The position numbers were made by a program, and so were the translations under genes. From assembly GCA_014728035.1 (NCBI GenBank), contig WJMJ01000092.1, positions 1 through 30,598 of the forward strand: a stretch of DNA of 30,598 nucleotides, written 5' to 3'. Each line of letters begins with the position of its first letter. Positions within the stretch are counted from its first letter, which is position 1. This DNA comes from Promethearchaeota archaeon (GTDB lineage Archaea > Asgardarchaeota > Thorarchaeia > Thorarchaeales > Thorarchaeaceae). Below the pieces are notes generated by a model. It did no database searches. It saw only the letters and a list, made by a program, of their open reading frames with translations, and was not told the origin of the DNA. Below are positions 27,506-30,598 of this stretch, piece after piece.

Positions 27506-27755
27506 ACGAATGGGCCGATGGTTCTACGACCATCCAGACCTGAAGGTGTCCGTTCACTTCTATCCGACCCTGAACCTCGTGAGAGGGCGAGCAGTGAAGC
27601 GCCTCGACCTCCCACTCCAGAGCGAGAACAGTCTTGAGTATCTGGAGGAACACGTACAGTATCTTCGAAGGCGTATACCCTGTACCGTACCAGAACCAAG
27701 CTCCACGGAAAGTCCCCATACTCTGTCAGATTTTTTAGTTAACGATTATCATTAA
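27483..27755 (+). CDS. Small high-GC ORF or foreign gene fragment (90 aa)
   Basis: About 55% GC over 27481-27720 (131/240 by hand count) with strong G/C bias at third codon positions in this frame; overlaps the 3' end of the 877-aa ORF in the +1 frame. Confidence 0.5.
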   Translation: MDDIREVERMGRWFYDHPDLKVSVHFYPTLNLVRGRAVKRLDLPLQSENSLEYLEEHVQYLRRRIPCTVPEPSSTESPHTLSDFLVNDYH

Positions 27756-28071
27756 TATTTAGTACGCGATGATTGATTATATGAGCTTAAATACATCGTG
27801 ACCTACGAGTCTATGAAGGCAATGATGAGTCTCCCCTTATTCTATCCCTGCCCTAAATTGCGAAACTCCTGTCACGCTCACAGGCGTGACTATGCAGATA
27901 GTTTGTCTGCTTTTCCCTCCTACCACGAATATTGGGAGCCTTCGAGTCTATCGTATTTGTAGTCCTATGATGATGTTATGCCATAAGTCTTTTAACTACA
28001 GAAACATGAAGAATCACACTCAACAAGGAAGTACTTCTGTTGAGAAAAGTGGGCCGGTAGATTAGCCCGGC

Positions 28072-28101
28072 AACGTGTCGCACTACGTGACATTTCGGGG
28101 C
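28072..28101 (+). other. tRNA intron 1, non-canonical D-loop position 20/21 (30 nt)
   Basis: BHB-like motif: central helix CCCG (28066-69)/CGGG (28096-99), GCA bulges on both strands, internal hairpin TGTCGC/GTGACA. Confidence 0.8.
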
Positions 28102-28118
28102 AGATCGTCTGGTTTGCA

Positions 28119-28148
28119 TGGCGTCTGGATTCCCCAGAACTTCAAGAA
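28119..28148 (+). other. tRNA intron 2, canonical position 37/38 (30 nt)
   Basis: Central helix TTTG (positions 32-35)/CAAG (28143-46) with 3-nt bulges CAT and AAT. Confidence 0.82.
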
Positions 28149-28316
28149 TCCAGAAGGTCGCGTGTTCAAATCACGCCCGGTCCACCATCATGATTCTTAG
28201 CAGTTATCTCTGGTTACTTCTAGCGATATACGTCATCCGAGACCTAATAGGATAGGACTGTCTTTTTGAATCTGAATACTTCACATATGTTATTCCCACG
28301 GTAGGTCTAATTTCTA

Positions 28317-29678
28317 ATGACGCCAGAACGAAGAAAAATAGTAGTAGGCACTGAGAAACCCATAGCAGCAGTTTTTTGGGACGCCGAGAATGTAACATTT
28401 AAAGACGAACCCAGACTAGCTGATGAATTTCGAAAGTGGTTGAAGGATAACTTCACAGTTGAAGCAATGCTTGCTTTTGCAGATTGGAATGGGCCCTATC
28501 GACCATTGGGACGATTGTTATACAAGATTGGTTTTGACCTTATCCATGTTCCAGATGAATTGAAGGATAGTGCAGATTGCCAAATGGCGGCATATATGAT
28601 CGATTGGCTTATTCATTCTCCTCGGACAGAATATTACATTATTGTATCTGGAGACGCTGTTTTCGAACCTTTTGTGCGAGGAATTCAAAAACAGAACAAA
28701 CTTGCGGTTATCGTTAGTAATCCGATGATCACTCGACCTGAGACCATTCTTAGGTCTGATATCTATCTGGACATTGACTCATTTCGGCCTCCGCCAACTG
28801 ATACTGATGGATGGAAGATAGACAAAGCCACCAAGACAAGTCCTGAGGTAGTTCGAAACACTGCATTCCGTCGGTTGCAGGAGTCCATATCAAAACTTAA
28901 CAAATTAGGTCGATCAACTCCAATTCGATATGTTCGTGCAATTGTAGAACATCTCAATCCTGAATTCCGTGTAGGAATCGAGCATTTTGACGGATGGGAC
29001 CAGATTATCCAACAGGCGATTGCTGACGATCTTGTTCGGGTCGAAGGTGGCGAACCTTTTGCAGAATTGGTTCTCACTGATAATGTAGCTCGAATCACAA
29101 AGGTCCAGACCGACTCACTAGATGATGCATTGGACAAATTTGCCCAGATCGTCCGGGATATGCATGCAGAAGGTGAGCACACTGGTATGGAGTCTGTTGT
29201 TCAGCGTGTGCGAAAGGCAAAATTAAACTATAATGACCTTGGCTATTCCAAATTCGGAGACTTTGCTCGAGCAGCAGAAAGCCGAGACCTCGTTCGTGTT
29301 GTTGACCAAGGAAAACGACCTCCAATCCTAAAGCCTGTTTACAAATTTGATGAGATGCTCGAATGGTATAAGCAGAACACTCGTGAGTTCTTTGGGGCTG
29401 GAGCAAAAGTTCCTCAAGATCCATTCATCAAACGTACAATACAATTCCTAAACAAATATGACGTTAGTATCAAGCAGATGGAACGATATCTGAAAGATGA
29501 ACAGATTCGATATATGTATGAACGAATTTTGGAGGCGAGTGGTCTCTCTTTCATTCCCCCTTACGAACAGATTTTGATTAGCATTCTGTTTGGAAAAGGC
29601 TGGACTTGTAATGATGCTATTGAGGTCATCAATCGAGAACTTGCGCCACTTGGTTATGCTGTTGAATGTCCCAAGTAA
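28317..29678 (+). CDS. NYN-domain protein with OST-HTH/LOTUS-like domains
   Basis: VFWDAENV, AFADW, KDSADCQM and IVSGDAVF (NYN motifs); LOTUS-like segments 'PEFRV..HFDGWDQIIQQA..DDLVRV' and 'YNDLGYSKFGDFARAAESRDLVRV'. Confidence 0.85.
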   Translation: MTPERRKIVVGTEKPIAAVFWDAENVTFKDEPRLADEFRKWLKDNFTVEAMLAFADWNGPYRPLGRLLYKIGFDLIHVPDELKDSADCQMAAYMIDWLIHSPRTEYYIIVSGDAVFEPFVRGIQKQNKLAVIVSNPMITRPETILRSDIYLDIDSFRPPPTDTDGWKIDKATKTSPEVVRNTAFRRLQESISKLNKLGRSTPIRYVRAIVEHLNPEFRVGIEHFDGWDQIIQQAIADDLVRVEGGEPFAELVLTDNVARITKVQTDSLDDALDKFAQIVRDMHAEGEHTGMESVVQRVRKAKLNYNDLGYSKFGDFARAAESRDLVRVVDQGKRPPILKPVYKFDEMLEWYKQNTREFFGAGAKVPQDPFIKRTIQFLNKYDVSIKQMERYLKDEQIRYMYERILEASGLSFIPPYEQILISILFGKGWTCNDAIEVINRELAPLGYAVECPK

Positions 29679-29849
29679 TTACTTGGGCTCATTCTCATAG
29701 CCTCTCTCAAATATTTAGTTTAAAGAAAATGCTTAAAGGGCACCATATTTGCCGCATGTTGTAAGTCGCACTTGGACTCTTGCATGTTCCTGGACCAAAA
29801 ATCACGGTGCAGTCTAGTCAAGAGCCTAAATAGTGACGGTGAAATAACG

Positions 29850-30598
29850 ATGCAACTACTCGAGACGTTTATTACAATGGAACTAATCGAGCAGGTGATG
29901 ATTTTTGTAGTCATCCTTGCTGCGATAGCGAGTCTCGTGTATGCCTGGTGGCTCAGGAAAGGTGTTCTTGCGCTACCCAAAGGAACTGAACAGATGCAGA
30001 AGGTCTGGAATGGCATCAGGGAAGGTGCATTATCGTATCTTAACAGACAGTTAAAGACGATAATACCCATCCTTGCAGTCTTGTCCGTTCTTCTCTTCTT
30101 CACAGTTTACATTACTCATCCTGAACGTGGAACTCTTGAGCTCTTTGGTAACGATCCCACAGGTATCGCCACAGCTCAATTTATGGTCGGTATCGGCCGA
30201 TCAGTCGCGTTCATTTTGGGTGCAGGCTTCTCTTTGATTGTTGGACAACTCGGAATGCGAATTGCAGTTGAGTCCAATATCAGAGTGGCACAGGCTACAC
30301 GTGAGGGTGAAGACAGATACAACCGCGCTCTTACTATTTCATACCGCGGTGGTACTTTTACAGGAATGTTAACAGATGGTTTGGGACTTCTTGGTGGTAC
30401 TGTTATCTTTATCATCTATGGAATCGCCGCACCTGACGCACTACTTGGATTCGGCCTTGGAGGTACTCTTCTTGCTCTCTTCATGAGAGTTGGTGGTGGT
30501 ATCTACACAAAGGCAGCTGATGTTGGTGCTGATCTTGTTGGCAAAGTTGAACAAGGACTTCCTGAAGACGACCCACGAAATGCTGCTGTAGTAGCGGA
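29850..30598 (+). CDS. hppA: Membrane-bound H+/Na+-translocating pyrophosphatase (partial, runs off the window edge)
   Basis: Manual translation from ATG 29850 (GGTGA upstream) gives GTEQMQKVWNGIREGALSYLNRQ and the signature RVGGGIYTKAADVGADLVGKVE..LPEDDPRN. Not in the ORF track because it is truncated. Confidence 0.95.
   Translation, partial: MQLLETFITMELIEQVMIFVVILAAIASLVYAWWLRKGVLALPKGTEQMQKVWNGIREGALSYLNRQLKTIIPILAVLSVLLFFTVYITHPERGTLELFGNDPTGIATAQFMVGIGRSVAFILGAGFSLIVGQLGMRIAVESNIRVAQATREGEDRYNRALTISYRGGTFTGMLTDGLGLLGGTVIFIIYGIAAPDALLGFGLGGTLLALFMRVGGGIYTKAADVGADLVGKVEQGLPEDDPRNAAVVA

Larger units (their letters stand above)
24515..28060. mobile_element. Putative tRNA-Ala-associated islet or integrated-element remnant (no integrase)
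   Basis: Flanked by an 11-bp direct repeat of the tRNA 5' end; contains only orphan ORFs with anomalous GC content. Confidence 0.4.
28051..28187 (+). tRNA. tRNA-Ala (anticodon TGC) with two introns and encoded CCA
   Basis: Acceptor stem GGGCCGG/CCGGTCC with the G3:U70 Ala determinant; D stem GATT/GATC; anticodon stem TCTGG/CCAGA with TGC at 28115-28117; T arm GCGTG-TTCAAAT-CACGC; ACCA end. Length is 77 nt after removing both introns. Confidence 0.92.

Noticed and set aside
27510-27517. Third partial match (ATGGGCCG) to the tRNA-end repeat
   Set aside because: Only 7-8 nt inside a GC-rich coding patch; compatible with chance.
27459-27719. Minus-strand ORFs of 86 aa and 68 aa in the high-GC patch
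   Set aside because: Third-position GC bias and co-orientation with the upstream gene favour the plus-strand 27483 frame; stop codons are rare in GC-rich DNA.
27822-27975. C/D box sRNA based on ATGATGA motifs
   Set aside because: No CTGA D box at a suitable distance downstream of either motif.
508-29424. The many 60-150 aa ORFs nested in or antisense to long genes
   Set aside because: They overlap well-supported CDSs and lack motifs; these are typical shadow ORFs.
29725-29849. Riboswitch in the hppA leader
   Set aside because: Only weak pairing potential and no recognisable fluoride or Na+ riboswitch consensus by eye; an Rfam scan would be needed.
29720-30415. Minus-strand ORFs of 127 aa and 79 aa
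   Set aside because: Antisense shadows of hppA, which carries clear family signatures on the plus strand.

Overview
AT-rich archaeal chromosomal window. Gene content points to an Asgard archaeon, probably Thorarchaeia-like (inference from a longin-domain protein, an appendage-like protein, ZPR1, DUF2070, DUF2299 and a BHB-intron tRNA). Housekeeping genes: nitrilase-family hydrolase, orphan GAF histidine kinase, porD-porA-porB 2-oxoacid:ferredoxin oxidoreductase without the gamma subunit, M28 peptidase, ubiX, PadR with a heterodimeric ABC exporter, ZPR1, and the 5' part of hppA. The most unusual elements are: (1) a 761-aa protein with eight tandem Cys3His metal-binding modules joined through an acidic linker to an adaptin/coatomer-appendage-like domain; (2) a longin + winged-helix protein resembling NPRL2; (3) a tRNA-Ala(UGC) with two 30-nt BHB introns, one of which contains a copy of the anticodon stem; (4) a 3.5-kb integrase-free segment flanked by a direct repeat of that tRNA's 5' end, carrying a prenyltransferase-repeat membrane protein and a high-GC foreign ORF; (5) several apparent pseudo-enzymes (HD dNTPase-like, kinase-like, NYN-LOTUS). 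All family calls were made by eye from motifs; no database searches were run.
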